From NCBI GenBank assembly GCA_030390025.1, contig CM059432.1, positions 100,938,001 through 101,002,000 on the forward strand: a DNA stretch of 64,000 bases. The letters are read 5' to 3'. Origin of the DNA: Squalus acanthias (Eukaryota). Shown piece after piece: positions 1 to 12,948 of this stretch. Position numbers and translations under genes: made by a program. Within the stretch, counting starts at the first letter, position 1; each line of letters begins with the position of its first letter. The notes under the pieces were generated by a model. It had not been told where the DNA came from and made no database searches. It saw only the letters and a list, made by a program, of their open reading frames with translations.

Positions 1-202
1 TGGAACACTTCATGACTAAGAGATTTTATTTTAGTATTTTTCCCCTCATACACTTAGTGTGATTTTACTTTTCCTTTAGTTGCCCTTTTAAAACTTGTTT
101 TTGTGTTGATCAAGGTGAGGATGTTAGTGCTATGGAATAAAATAGCTTCAAATTTCGGGTATCCCATGTTAGCACCAAGTACTCCCAGATCATGTGTAAC
201 AG

Positions 203-1517
203 TAAGAACATAAGTAGTAGGAGCAGGAGTAGGCCATTTGGCCCTTCGAGTCTGCTCCGCCATTAAATTAGATCATGGCTGATCTTCTACCTCAACTCCA
301 CTTTCCTGCACTATCCCCATATCCCTTGATTCCCTTAATTTCCAAAAATCTATCGATCTCTGTCTTGAATATATGACTGAGTCTCCACAGCCCTCTGGGG
401 TAGAGAATTCCAAAGATTCACCACCCTCTGAGTGAAGAAATTTCTCCTCATCTCAGTCCTAAATGGCCGACCCCTTATTCTGAGATGGTGACCCCTGGTT
501 TTAGACTCCCCAGCCAGGGGAAACATCCTCCCTGCATCTACCCTGTCAAGCCCTGTAAGAATTTTGTATGTTTCAATGAGATCACCTCTCATTCTTCTAA
601 ACTCTACAGAATATAGGCCTAGTCTACTCAATCTCTCCTCATAGGACAATCCCCCCATCCCAGGAACCAGTCTGGTGAACCTTTGTTGCACTCTCTCTAT
701 GTCAAGTATATCCTTCCTTAGGTAAGGAGACCAAAACTGGACACAATACTCCTGGTGTGGTCTCACCAGGGCCCTAGATAATTGCAGTAAGACGTCTTTA
801 CTCTTATACTCAAATCCTCTTGTAATAAAGGCCAACACACCATTTGCTTTCCTTATTGCTTGCTGTACCTGCATGTTAACTTTCAGTGATTTGTGTACAA
901 GGACACCTAGATCCCCCTGAACACCAACATTTCCCAATCTCTCACCATTTAAAAATACTCTGCTTTTCTATTTTTCCTACCAAAGTGGATAACTTCACAT
1001 TTCTCCACATTACATTCCATTTGCCATGTTCCTGCTCACTCACTTAGCCTGTCTATATCCCCTTGAAGCCTCCTTGCATCCTCCTCACAACTTACATTCC
1101 CACCCAGCTCTGTATCATCAGCAAACTTGGATATGTTAAATTTGGTCCCCTCATCCAAACCATTGATGTAGATTGTGAATAGCTGAGGCCCAAGCACTGA
1201 TCCTTGCAGTACCCCACTAGTTACAGCCTGCCAACCCAAAAATGACCCGTTTATTCCTACTCTCTGTTTACCAATCCTCAATCCATGCTAGTATATTACC
1301 CCCAATCCCATAAGACCTAATTTTGTTTAATAACCTCTTGTGTGGCACCTTATCGAATGCCTTCTAAAAGTCCAACTACACCACATCCATTGGTTCCCCC
1401 TTATCTATTCTGCTAGTTACAACATCAAAAAACAGATTTGTCAAACATGATTTCCCTTTCGTAAATCCGTGTTGGCTATGCCCAATCCTATTATTATTTT
1501 CTCAGTGCCCTGTTACC
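203..1517 (-). mobile_element. CR1-clade LINE, 5'-truncated (RT C-terminal half + 3' UTR)
   Basis: ORFs 350-937 and 1036-1281 carry [45 protein letters not shown]; 3' tail ends ...cttatgttctt on the minus strand. Confidence 0.95.
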
Positions 1518-1545
1518 TGGAAGGGGTGTTTGGGACCCTGGACAG

Positions 1546-2280
1546 CCCGGCACCTTCCCGTGCAAGCGCAGGAGATGCAACACATGTCCTTTTACCTCCT
1601 CTCTTCCCACTGTCTAGGGCCCCAAACACCCCTTCCAGGTGAAACAGCGATTTACTTGTACTTCTTGCAATTTAATGTACTATATTCGCTGCTCATGATG
1701 CGGTCTCCTCTACATTGGGGAGACCAAACGCAGATTGGGCGACCGCTTTGCGGAACACCTCCGTTCAGTCCGTAAGGGTGACCCTGAGCTTCCGGTCGCC
1801 TGTCACTTTAATTCTCCGCTTCACTCCCACTCTGATCTCTCTGTCCTCGGCCTATTACATTGTTCCAATGAAGCTCAACGTAAGCTCAAGGAACAGCACC
1901 CCATTTTTCGACTAGGCACTTTACAGCCTTCTAGACTCAACATTGAGTTCAACAATTTCAAACTATAACCCCTGCCCCCATTTTTCATGCTGTATGATTT
2001 TGCCATTTCCATTTGCAACATTTTATCTTTCCTGCCTCTTACATAAGCACAGTATGTTCCTTCAATTCCTTCCTCCCCTCCCAACCCCACCCCACCCCCC
2101 AACCTTGTCTCTGCACCTGCTTAATATGTTACATCTCCAGCTTTTTCAAGTTCTGATGAAGGGTCCCAGACCTGAAACGTTAACTCTGTTTCTCTCTCCA
2201 CAGATGCTGCCTGGTCTGCTGAGTATTTCCAGCATTTTCTGTTGTTATTTCAGATTTCCAGCATCCACAGTATTTTGCTA
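1546..2280 (+). mobile_element. Penelope-like element 3' fragment: GIY-YIG endonuclease end + pseudo-LTR
   Basis: Reads ...PGTFPCKRRRCNTC...CGLLYIGETKRRLGDRFAEHLRSVRK...VACHFN...LGTLQPSRLNIEFNNFKL*, i.e. YIG motif, R..EH helix and terminal N motif typical of PLE endonucleases. It is followed by a repeat shared with about 23558-23662, 32380-32609 and 44160-44336. Confidence 0.9.
2149..2185 (+). ncRNA. Minimal hammerhead ribozyme (Penelope-type)
   Basis: AGUU-CUGAUGA-A-GGGUC-CCA-GACCU-GAAA-CGUU-AACU: stem I AGUU/AACU, CUGANGA core, stem II, GAAA, palindromic ACGU stem III, GUU cleavage triplet. Confidence 0.82.
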
Positions 2281-2439
2281 TTGTACTACTTTATTGATAT
2301 GTGGCTTGCAGGATGTTCTGGAGCCATGTGTGAAGAATCTGAGCTCCCAGTGATTGGACTACCCTACCCGGATCATCAATCAATTTGGCTGGCTGGTCAA
2401 TAGTCAACAACACCCTGAAGCACTGCGGGCCTGCCTGGC

Positions 2440-2660
2440 TCAGATGGGTAGGTTGCCAAATTTGCCGTAAAAGTTTGATTTCGTTCCAATCTCCCCCTGC
2501 CAGACAAGTCACCTCAGAGCCAATATGAACCCCAAAGAAGACCTGTTTACTTTCCCAAAAGGAGGCTTTTTTCACGTAGGATTGTTACAGATAGAGGAGA
2601 TCTCCTCCAATTAATCTGGACTAGATTTGAACCCAATTCCAGAGGTGACTGCTCTACCTT
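2440..2660 (-). mobile_element. Possible old tRNA-derived SINE (related sequence at about 63845-64000, + strand)
   Basis: Minus strand ggtagagcagtcacctctggaattgggttcaaatctagtccaga has a B-box-like GGTTCAAATC; compare tttgaatctagcccaga at 63901. Confidence 0.4.
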
Positions 2661-3950
2661 CCAATCCCATTTCAGTTGTTTTCTTGACATTACTGGGGCT
2701 TTTCTACAAGTTTATGCTCCCACTGAAGAGCTTCTATTGTCTACCCCTGATTTTCTGTCCATTAGAGTTAATAAGATGGAAAATCATGGGGGCCTGCGCC
2801 CAAATTCTTGATATACGTGCCCAACAGGTGAAGCTTGACACTAATTCATAAATTACCCCGTATGTATTAACGTGAATAAAATTGACTTTTTCCCCTTTTG
2901 TATTCAGATTTCTGGAAACCATTCTAATATTTTAAACTGATTAGGAGGACATGAATTTTTTTTTAAATAATTAAATATTTGGTTATTTAAAACATTCATG
3001 GTACGTTGCATAAAGTATAGATTTTGCCCATTTGTTGCTCATTTCTGAGGCTTGTGTCCTGGTTTTCAAGTCTCTGGCTAGAGAGCTATGGGCCCAGCTT
3101 ATTTCACATTGAACCCTTACTGCAATTAAAGAGATTCATTACATTATTTAGGCTGTGTTCAGTCCAACAACAATGTACATTTATATTGCCCCCCTTAATG
3201 TTGAAAAACGTTCCAAGGCACGCCACAGAAGCGTAATTAGCCTTAGATGTGAAAAGACAACATGTTAACCTATTGCACCAGGACATGTTGTCCTTTCTTG
3301 TTGGTTTGGAAATAATATTTCTACAGTGACCCTGAACTAGCAAACAGTAATGTTATTATGCTACATAGGCTGTGGTGTGACTGTCTTTTACTTAGGTAAA
3401 GTGATACAGCCTGTTGTGCTTGTAAGCAGCTTTAGGTAGAAATTACAAAGAATATGTAATGGAAAAGTTTCAAATACTTATTAGTAGTGCACTGGGGAAG
3501 ACAGCCTCATAATTCAGAGGCAGTATTAATAGTGAGTTATGCGGAACAGCCTCACCAGTGAAATGCGATTAGATGATGAATAGCAGTGAAATACCAATTA
3601 TATTCTACAGCAGAGGAAATTCTCATAAGATACAGTTACATCTTCATCCCAAATGAAATAACTATTACACTGCAGCTGGTTGCAAATAAGTAGTAAGGTT
3701 GTAATTTACTCCCAGGCATAAAAGTGCCATCATGAGCCATGAGAGCAAAGTTCAAGTGGCTTACATCATTATCTGAAGTTCAGGATTTTTTGCAGTTCTA
3801 AATATCATTTAGTTTTCATAAGATATATAAGGCAGTATTATTTCCCCTTTCAGAGCCATCCTGTTTCTCTCTCCCATTAATATCAAGGAGCTTTTGAGTA
3901 CAGATCCACATCACATGAAAGGAAAAAGTATATTCTGCATCTATGGAACT

Positions 3951-4716
3951 ACAACAACAACAATTTACATTTATATAGCGCCTTTAACGTAGTAAACGTC
4001 CCAAGGCGCTTCACAGGAGCGTTCTCAACAACAAAATTTGACACTGAGCCATATAAGGAAATGTGAGGGTAGATGACCAAAAGTTTGGTCGAAGAGGTAG
4101 GTTTTAAGGGGCGTCTTAAAGATGCGGCGAGGTTTAGGGAGGGAATTCCAGAACTTAGGACCTAGGCAGCTGAAGGCATGGCCCCAATAGTGAAGCGATT
4201 AAAATCGGGGATGTTCAAGAGGCCAGAATTGGCAGAGCGGAGAGATCTTGGGGGATTGTAGGGCTGGAGGAGATTACAGAGATAGGGAGGAGTGAGGCCA
4301 TGGAAGAATTTGAAAACAAGGATGATAATTTTAAAATCGATGCGCTGATTAACTGGGAGCCAATGCTGGTCGGCGAGCACAGGGGAGATGGGTGAGCAGG
4401 ACTTGGTGTGAGTTAGGACACGGGCAGCAGAGTTTTGGATGACTTCAAGTTTGTGAAGGGTAGAACTAGGGAGGCTGGCCAGAAGTGCGTTGTAATAGTC
4501 AAGTCTAGAGGTAACAAAGGCATGGATGAGGGTTTCAGCAACAGATAAACTGAGGCAAGGACGGAGACAGGCGATGTTACGGAGGTGGAATTGGGCTGTC
4601 TCAGTGATGGAGCGGATATAAGGTAGGAATGTGATCAAGTATAACGCCAAGGTTGCAAACAGACTGGGTCAGCCTCAACCATTTGCCAGGGAGAGGGATG
4701 GAATCGATGGCAAGGA
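3951..4716 (-). mobile_element. L2-clade LINE 3' fragment
   Basis: ORF 4162-4650 has ETLIHAFVTSRLDY.NALL and IQNSAARVLT...HWLPV.QRIDFK; 3' end ...aaaggcgctatataaat...(ttg)n. Confidence 0.92.
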
Positions 4717-5821
4717 CCAGAGCACATTGGGCTCAGCTTACAAGAGGAAATGGTTTCACAGAGAAATACTCTCTGCTTTAATAGCAAATAATATTCTTTT
4801 ATGTAGTATAATAGCAATAAGCTCCAGTGCAATATTAGACATTGTGACAAGGATTTCAATTTTTTCAGCATGCAGAAAGCCTTTATTGCATTGTATACTC
4901 TGAGATTCCTACATTTCCAACTTACATGCAGTCTGTAATTAGAATTCTGCACATTACTGAACATGTGAATACCATGTCACATAGTGTGACAGCTGTTGTA
5001 TGAATTACAGCTTTAAATGAATACTGAGGCACATTGAGCTGCTGTCAATTTTCAACTGCTATTTCATACACTTGAATTCCCAGTGAGTGACCTCGCTGAC
5101 TCCAAACCATTGGAATCGAATCTGGAGCCGAATCAGTGAAATTACAGAGACAAAGCCAGTAGCATAGGGCAGAATCTGGCTTACCTCCAAGCCTTCTGTC
5201 AGATGCAGGTATGGATTTTTTGAACTGAGGATTTTTTTAATTAAAAATAATGACCCAAACTGAGCCAATTAAGGCAAGCTGCAGTCTAGCCTAATCAGTT
5301 CAAATTTGGGCAGCTTTGAGCTATCAGTCTTATATTCCTTTATTTTTAAATTTTCTGAATCTTGAATTTTTTTTACCATTACTATAAACAACAAAAAAAT
5401 CTCCACATTGTAGTTCAACAACTTTCAAGTTAAAATTACAACTTTGCCAATTGGTATTTTTAAACTCCATAGAAGTAAAGAAATGTTGACATGACTCAAT
5501 TTGGCTCAATTTCAATGTCATTCAACTCAATCCAACTCACCCAATATCTGTGACTAAGACAGGCTTCAAACTCTAGACTGAAATAATAAATCCTCTTTCA
5601 TTCATTCCATCCTAATAAATATTAAGATTCCCAGCTTTTCTTTAGTCAGCTATAACCGAGGAAGTATCTAATCAACCTGTCCTTGACTGACTTTTTCCTT
5701 TCTAATTTTTACCCCTCTTCTATTGAAGGTACAGAATTTGCCTGGTGACAGTTCCACAGGCATCAGTCACCCTCTGGTGCCTCATTCAAGTGTCCTTTCT
5801 TCATTCATGAACTTAGACAAT

Positions 5822-7250
5822 AGGGGGAATTTTAACCCCAAAATACGGATGGGTTGTGGTCGGATGGGAAGTTAAAGTGTTAAAAAAACTAAATCCCGAC
5901 CTTAACCCCTCCCCCCCTCCAACCTGCCCACTTCTGATTTTAACGGAGGCGGGACGATGGGCGGGCAGCCAACCCGCTGCCAGGAGGCGGGTCGGCCATT
6001 TAAATATTATAATGAGGCTGCATACCTCAGATTTAACCACCATTTTAAATTTTACTCTGGCTGGCTGGGTTTCTCTGGCCGAGGGGAACCGGCCAGCTGA
6101 AGTAAGGCAAGGACTGCTGGAGCCAGGAAGTAAGTGCCTTTCCACTTACCTGCTGGATCCAGCGTCCCTGCCTTACCACCTCCTGCAATCAGACAGCCCC
6201 GAGGCCTCTGATTGCCCCCATGAGGCCTCCGATCCCCCTCCCCACCCCCACAGGCTGCCAGTCCCCCCCACCCCCCCACACCACACCCCCTCACCTAGGC
6301 CGCCGATCCCTTACGAGACCTCCGGTTGCCTTCCCGGATTCCCCACTCCAGCCCCGATGCTCCTCTGGCTCCCGAGTTCCGACCACCCCACCCCCGCTGC
6401 TCCTCCGGCCCTAATTTGCCGGCCCCGATGCTCCTCTGGCTGGACCCAATGCTTCCCCTATCTGACCGATACTCCAGCCCCGATCCTTCCATCCTCCCCC
6501 ACCCCCTGATCCTCTAGTGCCGATCCTCCCTCCCCCACACCCCCCTACCCCCGGCCACCGATGCTCCTCTGCCCAGCCCAATGCTTCCCCACCCCCTCGA
6601 TACTCCTTTGGCCTCGACCCTCCAGCCTCGATCCTTCCCCCCCCCACCCCGACCCCGATCCTCCAGCCTCGATCCTTCCCCCCCCCCCACCACCCCGATC
6701 GTCCAGCCCCGATCCTTCCCCCGCCCCGATCGTCCAGCCCCGATCCTTCCCCCGCCCTCAGGATGCTCCTCTGGCCGACCCTAATCCTCTCCCCACCCCC
6801 CACCGATGCTCTGCCAGACGGCCCCAATCCTCTCTACCACCACCCCCCCGCACCATTGCTCCTCCGGCCAGCCCCGATCCTCTCCCCCCGCCAATCCTCC
6901 GGCCCCGATCCTCCCCCCACAACCACCCCCGATCCTCCGGCCCCAATTGTCCCCCGACTCCATGATGCTCCTCTGGCTCCGATTCTCCGGCCCCAATCCT
7001 CTGGCCCCTGACCACGCCCCACCCGATCCCTCCCTCTTTCTTCTCTGCGGCCGAGTGCTGCAGGCCTACCCGCCCGCAGCCAGCCAGCCTCTCCATCTGA
7101 CTCGCTGAGGGCGGGAATCAATGCTTTGAAATGTTAATCAGGCCCTGCCGTTACATTCAGCAGGGCCTGTGAGAAACCCCTTCTCCCGGCTTTCCTGACC
7201 GCTTTCTAGCCTTCCCGCTTCCAACCTGCCTCCAGATTAAAATTTCGGCC
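5822..7250. mobile_element. Non-autonomous TIR element (PIF/Harbinger-like), TSD AAT, containing a C-rich minisatellite; inserted in a SINE
   Basis: Ends agggggaattttaa / ttaaaatttcggcc; aat on both flanks; the flanks are two halves of the SINE family seen at 42375-42760. Confidence 0.75.
6200..7040. repeat. Degenerate C-rich minisatellite (ccccgatcctcc / ccgatgctcctctggc units)
   Basis: More than 25 recurrences of ccgat/cgat cores separated by C-runs; explains the stack of Pro/Gly-rich ORFs. Confidence 0.9.
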
Positions 7251-7938
7251 AATGAATGTCAGCATTTTATTCCACCAGATCCTGTCATCCCCCAACATCC
7301 TCACGTATAAATTTGACAGCAAGAGACAGTTTATAGCAATCGAGGAGGGGTGGGGGATCTCCATCTGACTCTTTGCCTCTCTAACCAATAAGGGCTGAGG
7401 CTAATTTGGCCTGTGGTTCATCAAACCCTTGCAAAACCTGTTTGGTTTGGTTTTGCCCTTAATCCTGTAATAGCTACTGGTTTTAAAATTATTGTTCCAG
7501 TAATGCGACCATCATGCCCCTTTACTAGGTTTGTAAAGGGAAGTATAAAATGGTGCAAGTCAATAGACTATTGTGTCAGGACTATTACTGTTTCTCAGCA
7601 GCTAAAAAGTATATTTTATTTAAAAATTAAAGTAACATGAAAATTGTAAAATTATAGCTTGTGTTAAGTTAACATAACATTTGTTGCAGCATTTAATTTC
7701 CCACATCCCCATTGTGCCACTTCTGAACCAGTTCTCAGATATTCAGAACAAGCAGTTCCAAAAATGGTGTTGACTTAAAAACTCTCCCAAATCACAACAT
7801 TTCTTTAAGTTGATCGCAGACAGACGGAGTCCAAAGTTTTTACTGTGTAACAAGCAAGATTTGTAAAATAATGTTGGAAAAATCCCACTCTGCAGTCTGT
7901 ACAAATGTTGCTGTACAACTGCAAGATTTACGATCAGT

Positions 7939-8135
7939 CAACAACAACATCAACCTGTATTTATATAGCGCCTTTAACGTAGTAAAATGACCCAAAGCGC
8001 TTCACAGGAGTGTTATAAGACAAAAAATTTGACACCGAGCCACATAAGGAGAAATTAGGGCAGCTTGGTCAAAAAGGTAGGTTTTAAGGAGCGTCTTAAA
8101 GGAGGAAAGAGAGGGAGAGAGACGGAGAGGATCAG
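7939..8135 (-). mobile_element. L2 LINE 3' end
   Basis: Same tail and 3' UTR as 3951-4140. Confidence 0.88.
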
Positions 8136-8524
8136 GCACCTAACATATTAATAAATAACTTTCTCTATGATAGCACCGCATCTAAACCTGGCTGCTATAT
8201 TTATTGTCAACCAGTTTCTTACTTTTAAGCTGGATCACACTAGGTTTTACTAACTGCCTACTTATCAATTGCAAGTACAACAAATGATAGCAATTATCTA
8301 AACGAAGCCTTCTTTGCAATGCATCTATAATCATCAGTTGAAATATTACTGTAAGATATATGTAGTGGTTAGATAATATTATTGACTCCAACAACAAGAT
8401 ACAGTGGTGAGTTCAACACAGCTCATATGCCAACATTCACAGATATGAATGGAGTGGGTTGTAACTGTGGAAATCACTTAGTTGGTTGCAATGTTTATTT
8501 CAATACAGAATGTAACACAGAGAC

Positions 8525-11500
8525 ATAGCAACATAGATACATAGAAGATAGGAGCAGGAGTAGGCCATTCGGCCCCTCGAGCCTGTTCCGCCATTTAATG
8601 AGATCATGGCTGATCATCCAAATTCAGTACCCTGTCCCTGCTTTCTCCCCAAATCCCTTGATCCCTTTAGCCTTAAGAAATATATCTAACTCCTTCTTGA
8701 ATATATTTAATGAATTGGCCTCAACTGCCTTCTGTGGTAGAGAATTCCACAGGTTCACCACTCTCTGGGTGAAGAAATTCCTCCTCATCTCAGTCCTAAA
8801 TGGCTTACCCCTTATCCTTAGACTGTGACCCCTGGTTCTGGACTCCCCCGCCATCGGGAACATCCTTCCTGCATCTAGTCTGTCTAGTCATGTTAGAATT
8901 TTTTAAGTTTCAATGAGATCCCCTCTCATTCTTCTAAACTCTAGCAAACACAAGCCCAATCGACCCAATCTCTCTCCATACGTCATTCCTGCCATCCCAG
9001 GTATCAGTCTGGTGAATCTTTGCTGCACTCCCTCCATGGCAAGAACATCCTTCCTCAGATAAGGCGACCAAAACTGCACACAATACTCAAGGTGTGGTCT
9101 CACCAAGGCCCTGTACAACTGCAGCAAGACATCCTTGCTCCTGTACTCGAATCCTCTCGCTATGAAGGACAACATACCATTTGCCTTCTTAACTGCCTGC
9201 TGCACCTGCATGCTTACCTTCAGCGACTGGTGCACAAGGACACCCAGGTCTTGTCGCACTTCCCCTTTTCCCAATCTATTGCCGTTCAGATAATAATCTG
9301 TCTTCCTGTTTTTGCCACCAAAGTGGATAACCTCGCATTTATCCACATTATACTGCATCTGCCATGCTTCTGCCCAATCACCCAACCTGTCCAAATCATA
9401 CTGGAGTTTCTCTGCATCCTCCTCATGGCACACACGCCCACCCAGCTTTGTGTCGTCTGCAAACTTGGAGATATTACATCTAGTTCCCTCGTCTAGATCA
9501 TTAATATATATTGTGAATAGCTGGGGTCCTAGCACCGATCCCTGCGGTACCCCACTAGTCACTGCCTGCCACTCGGAAAAAGACCCGTTTATTCCAACTC
9601 TTTGCTTCCTGTCTGCCAACCAGTTCTCTATCCAAGTCAGTACCTTACCCCCAATCCCATGTGCTTTAACTTTGCACGCTAATCTCTTATGCGGGACCTT
9701 ATCGAAAGCCTTCTGAAAGTCCAAATACACCACATCCACTGGTTCTCCCTTATCTATTCTACCAGTTACATCCTCAAAAAATTCCAGCAGATTAGTCAAG
9801 AATGATTTACCTTTTGTAAATCCATGTTGACTTTGTCCGATACTGTCACTGTTTTCCAAGTGCTCTGCTATTACATCTTTTATAATGGACTCTAGCATTT
9901 TCCCCACTACCAATGTCAGGTTTACTATAATTCCCCGTTTTCTCTCTCGCACCTTTTTTAAATAATGGGGTTACATTAGCTGCCCTCCAATCCATGGGAA
10001 CTGTTCGAGTCTGTAGAATTTTGGAAGATGACCAGCAATGCATCTACTATTTCTAGGGCCACTTCCTTAAGTACCCTAGGATGTAGATTATCAGGCCCTG
10101 GGGATTTATCGGCCTTCAATCCCGTCAATTTCCCTAACACCATTTCCCTACAAATACTGATTTCATTCAGTTCCTCCCTCTCATTAGACCCTATGTTCCC
10201 CGACATTTCTGGGAGGTTATTTGTGTCCTCCTTTGTGAAGACAGAACCAAAGTATGTATTTAATTGGTCTGCCATTTCTTTGTTCCCCATTATAAATTCC
10301 CCTGATTCTGACTGCAAGGGACCTACGCTTGACTTCACCAATCTTTTTCTCTTCACATATCTATAGAAGCTTTTACAGTTAGTTTTTATGTTACCTGAAA
10401 GCTTACTCTCAAACTCTATTTTCCTCCTCTAAATGAGTCCCTTTGTCCTCCTTTGCTGAATCCTAAACTGCTCCCAATCCTCAGGTTTGCTGCTTTTTTC
10501 TGGCCAATTTATATGTCCTCTCCTTGGATCTTATGCTATCCCTAATTTCCCTTGTTAGCCACGGTTGAGTCACCTTTTTTGTTTTATTTTTATGCCAAAC
10601 AGGGATGAACAAATTCTGTAGTTCATCCATGCAATCTTTAAATGTTTGCCATTGCCTATCCACTGTCAACTGTTTAAGTAACGTTCCCCAATCCATGCTA
10701 GCCAACTCGCGCCTCATACCATCGTAGTTTCCTTTATTTAAATTCAGGACCCTAGTCTCTGAGTCAACTACTTCACTCTCCATCTTAATGAAGAATTCTA
10801 CATATTATGATCGCTCCTCCCCAAGGGGCCTCGCACAACAAGATTGCTAATTAATCCTTTCTCATTACATAATACCCAGTCTAAGATGGCCTGATCTCCA
10901 GTTGGTTCCTCGACATATTGGTCCAGGAAACCATCCCGTATACACTCTAGGAATTCCTCCTCCACAGTATTGTTACTAATTTGGTTAGCCCAATCTATAT
11001 GTAGATTAAAGTCACCCATGATGACTGCTGTGCCCTTATTGCACGCGTCTCTAATTTCCCGTTTAATGCCATCCCCAACCTCAGCATTACTGTTTGGGGG
11101 TCTGTATACAACTCCCACTAATGTTTTCTGCCCCTTGGTATTTCTCAGCTCTACCCATACAGATTCCACATCATCAGAGCTAATATCCTTCCTTACTATT
11201 GTGTTAATCTCCTCTTTAACCAGCAATGCTACCACACCTCCTTTTCCTTTTTGCCTGTCCTTCCTGAATATTGAATACCCCTGGATGTTGAATTCCCAGC
11301 TTTGGTCACCCTGGAGCCATGTCTCCGTAATCCCAATTATATCATATCCGTTTACATCTATTTGCGCAGCTAATTCATCCACCTTATTATGAATGCTCCT
11401 TGCATTAAGACACAAAGGGGGAGAAATTCAGTATTGCCCCATTTGGGGCGCAATTATCGTCCGGGCGCCAAGATTAGCGCCTGGCGTTAATTATCGCCAC

Positions 11501-12626
11501 CGACTGTAAACTTGACTTTTATCGCCCCTGGAGGTGATTGGAGCGCTAAATCAGGCGCTTCACACCTGTCTTAAGGCGCAAAGGCCGAGGAGCGAGGCGC
11601 TACCTCAGAGCACTGGCGAAGCTCATGTGATGTCAGTCAGCAATGGAACACAGACACAATGGCGCGGGCCAGTTCTTAAAGTGGAGGGTTGATCTTGCTT
11701 TCCATCCACATCCTGATCATTGCAGCCTTGAATCTTGGCCTGGAGAGACCTGCACATCAAATCTGCTGGAAAGAACAATGAAGAGTACCAGGGAAAGAGC
11801 TCAGAGTGCAGCCCCCACACTCTCTTCTAAATCGTTACAAGGAAGGGCAAATCAAAATGAACCTGCAAAGTGCTGCTCAGTACCCAAAACTCCTTCACAC
11901 AGCGTTGAATCTCTCCAGAAGTCTCTCTCTCTCTCTCTCTCAGAATGTGTTGTACTAAAATGTCACCAACAGTAAAAGGCAGGAAGCGGTCACCTTTAAA
12001 TAGCGCTCCCCCAGTCCCTTCCTGACTGCAAAACGCTCCCCTCAACCTGTCGTTGCTAGCGGCAGGCGGTAAGGCAGGGGGCGCCACTCAATATCCGCTC
12101 CGGGGCAATGCGCACTCGACTGACGTCACGATCTGCCGGCGCAGGAGATCGTGGCGGTAGTGTCTAGCACCGCCGCAAAATGTCTAGTTAATTTTGCGAG
12201 CGGCGCAAACATCGCCGCGCCCGGGCGCTAGACTTTTTGCGCCCCATTAGCGCCCTCTTAAGTCGCTAACAGGAGGCGCAACCAACTGAATTTTTCCCCC
12301 AAAGCCTTCAGGCTTGTTTTTTTTTTAACACTCTTGGACCTTTTAGAATTATTGTTTACTGTGGCCATGTTTGATTTACACCCTTGATTTCTCTGACTTC
12401 CACTTTTGCTTTTCTCCTTCCTGTCTTTTGCTTCTATCCTTGCTTCCCTTTCCTCTGTCTCCCTGCACAGGTTCCCAACCCCCTACCATTTTAGTTTAAA
12501 CCCTCCCCAACAGCACTAGCAAACACTCCCCCTAGGACATCGGTCCCGGTCCTGCCCAGGTGCAAACCGTCCAGTTTGTAGTGGTCCCACCTCCCCCAGA
12601 ACCGGTTCCAATGTCCCAGGAATTTG
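8525..12626 (-). mobile_element. CR1 LINE, near-complete ORF2 (APE endonuclease + RT) plus ORF1 end, frameshifted; interrupted at 11417-12300
   Basis: CLNARS, GITETW, VYRPPN, MGDFN, SDHN (ORF 10798-11415); [24 protein letters not shown] (ORF 8903-9952). Confidence 0.96.
11417..12300. mobile_element. PIF/Harbinger-like non-autonomous element, 884 bp, TSD AAA
   Basis: TIRs gggggagaaattcagt / actgaatttttccccc (15/16). The empty site cattaagacacaaagccttc is visible in the sister CR1 at 59911-59930. Confidence 0.9.
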
Positions 12627-12948
12627 TAGACCAGTAGTAGAAATAAATATGTATATCAGCTGTGATTAATTTGAGCTGGCTCAGTAGGTTTGGAACTAGG
12701 ATTCTGATTAAACCTGTATCTGCTTATCTCTGTTCTCTGCTGAGACCCTCAATTGCCTCATTAATATCAGAGCAAAATGTAGATACCCTGTTGTCTTCAA
12801 GCAGTCATCATGACATAAAGGCAAATACCTCATTGCCTCCCTTGATAAGCAATCAATCATTGGGGATAGCATCACTTCATAATCTTTCATTGTCTGCTCC
12901 TCCATGCCATTTCATTGGATATTGAACTCCCCATATTACGAGTACTAA

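Noticed and set aside
2610..2660. tRNA gene
   Set aside because: Only a B-box-like motif and no cloverleaf; better explained as a decayed SINE head.
5856..7121. Stack of Pro/Gly-rich ORFs (up to 217 aa)
   Set aside because: By-product of a stop-poor C-rich minisatellite, open in many frames on both strands.
9020..11392. Plus-strand ORFs opposite CR1 ORF2 (also 39017-40618 minus, 57576-58763 plus)
   Set aside because: Antisense shadows of LINE coding sequence; they recur only because the LINE recurs.
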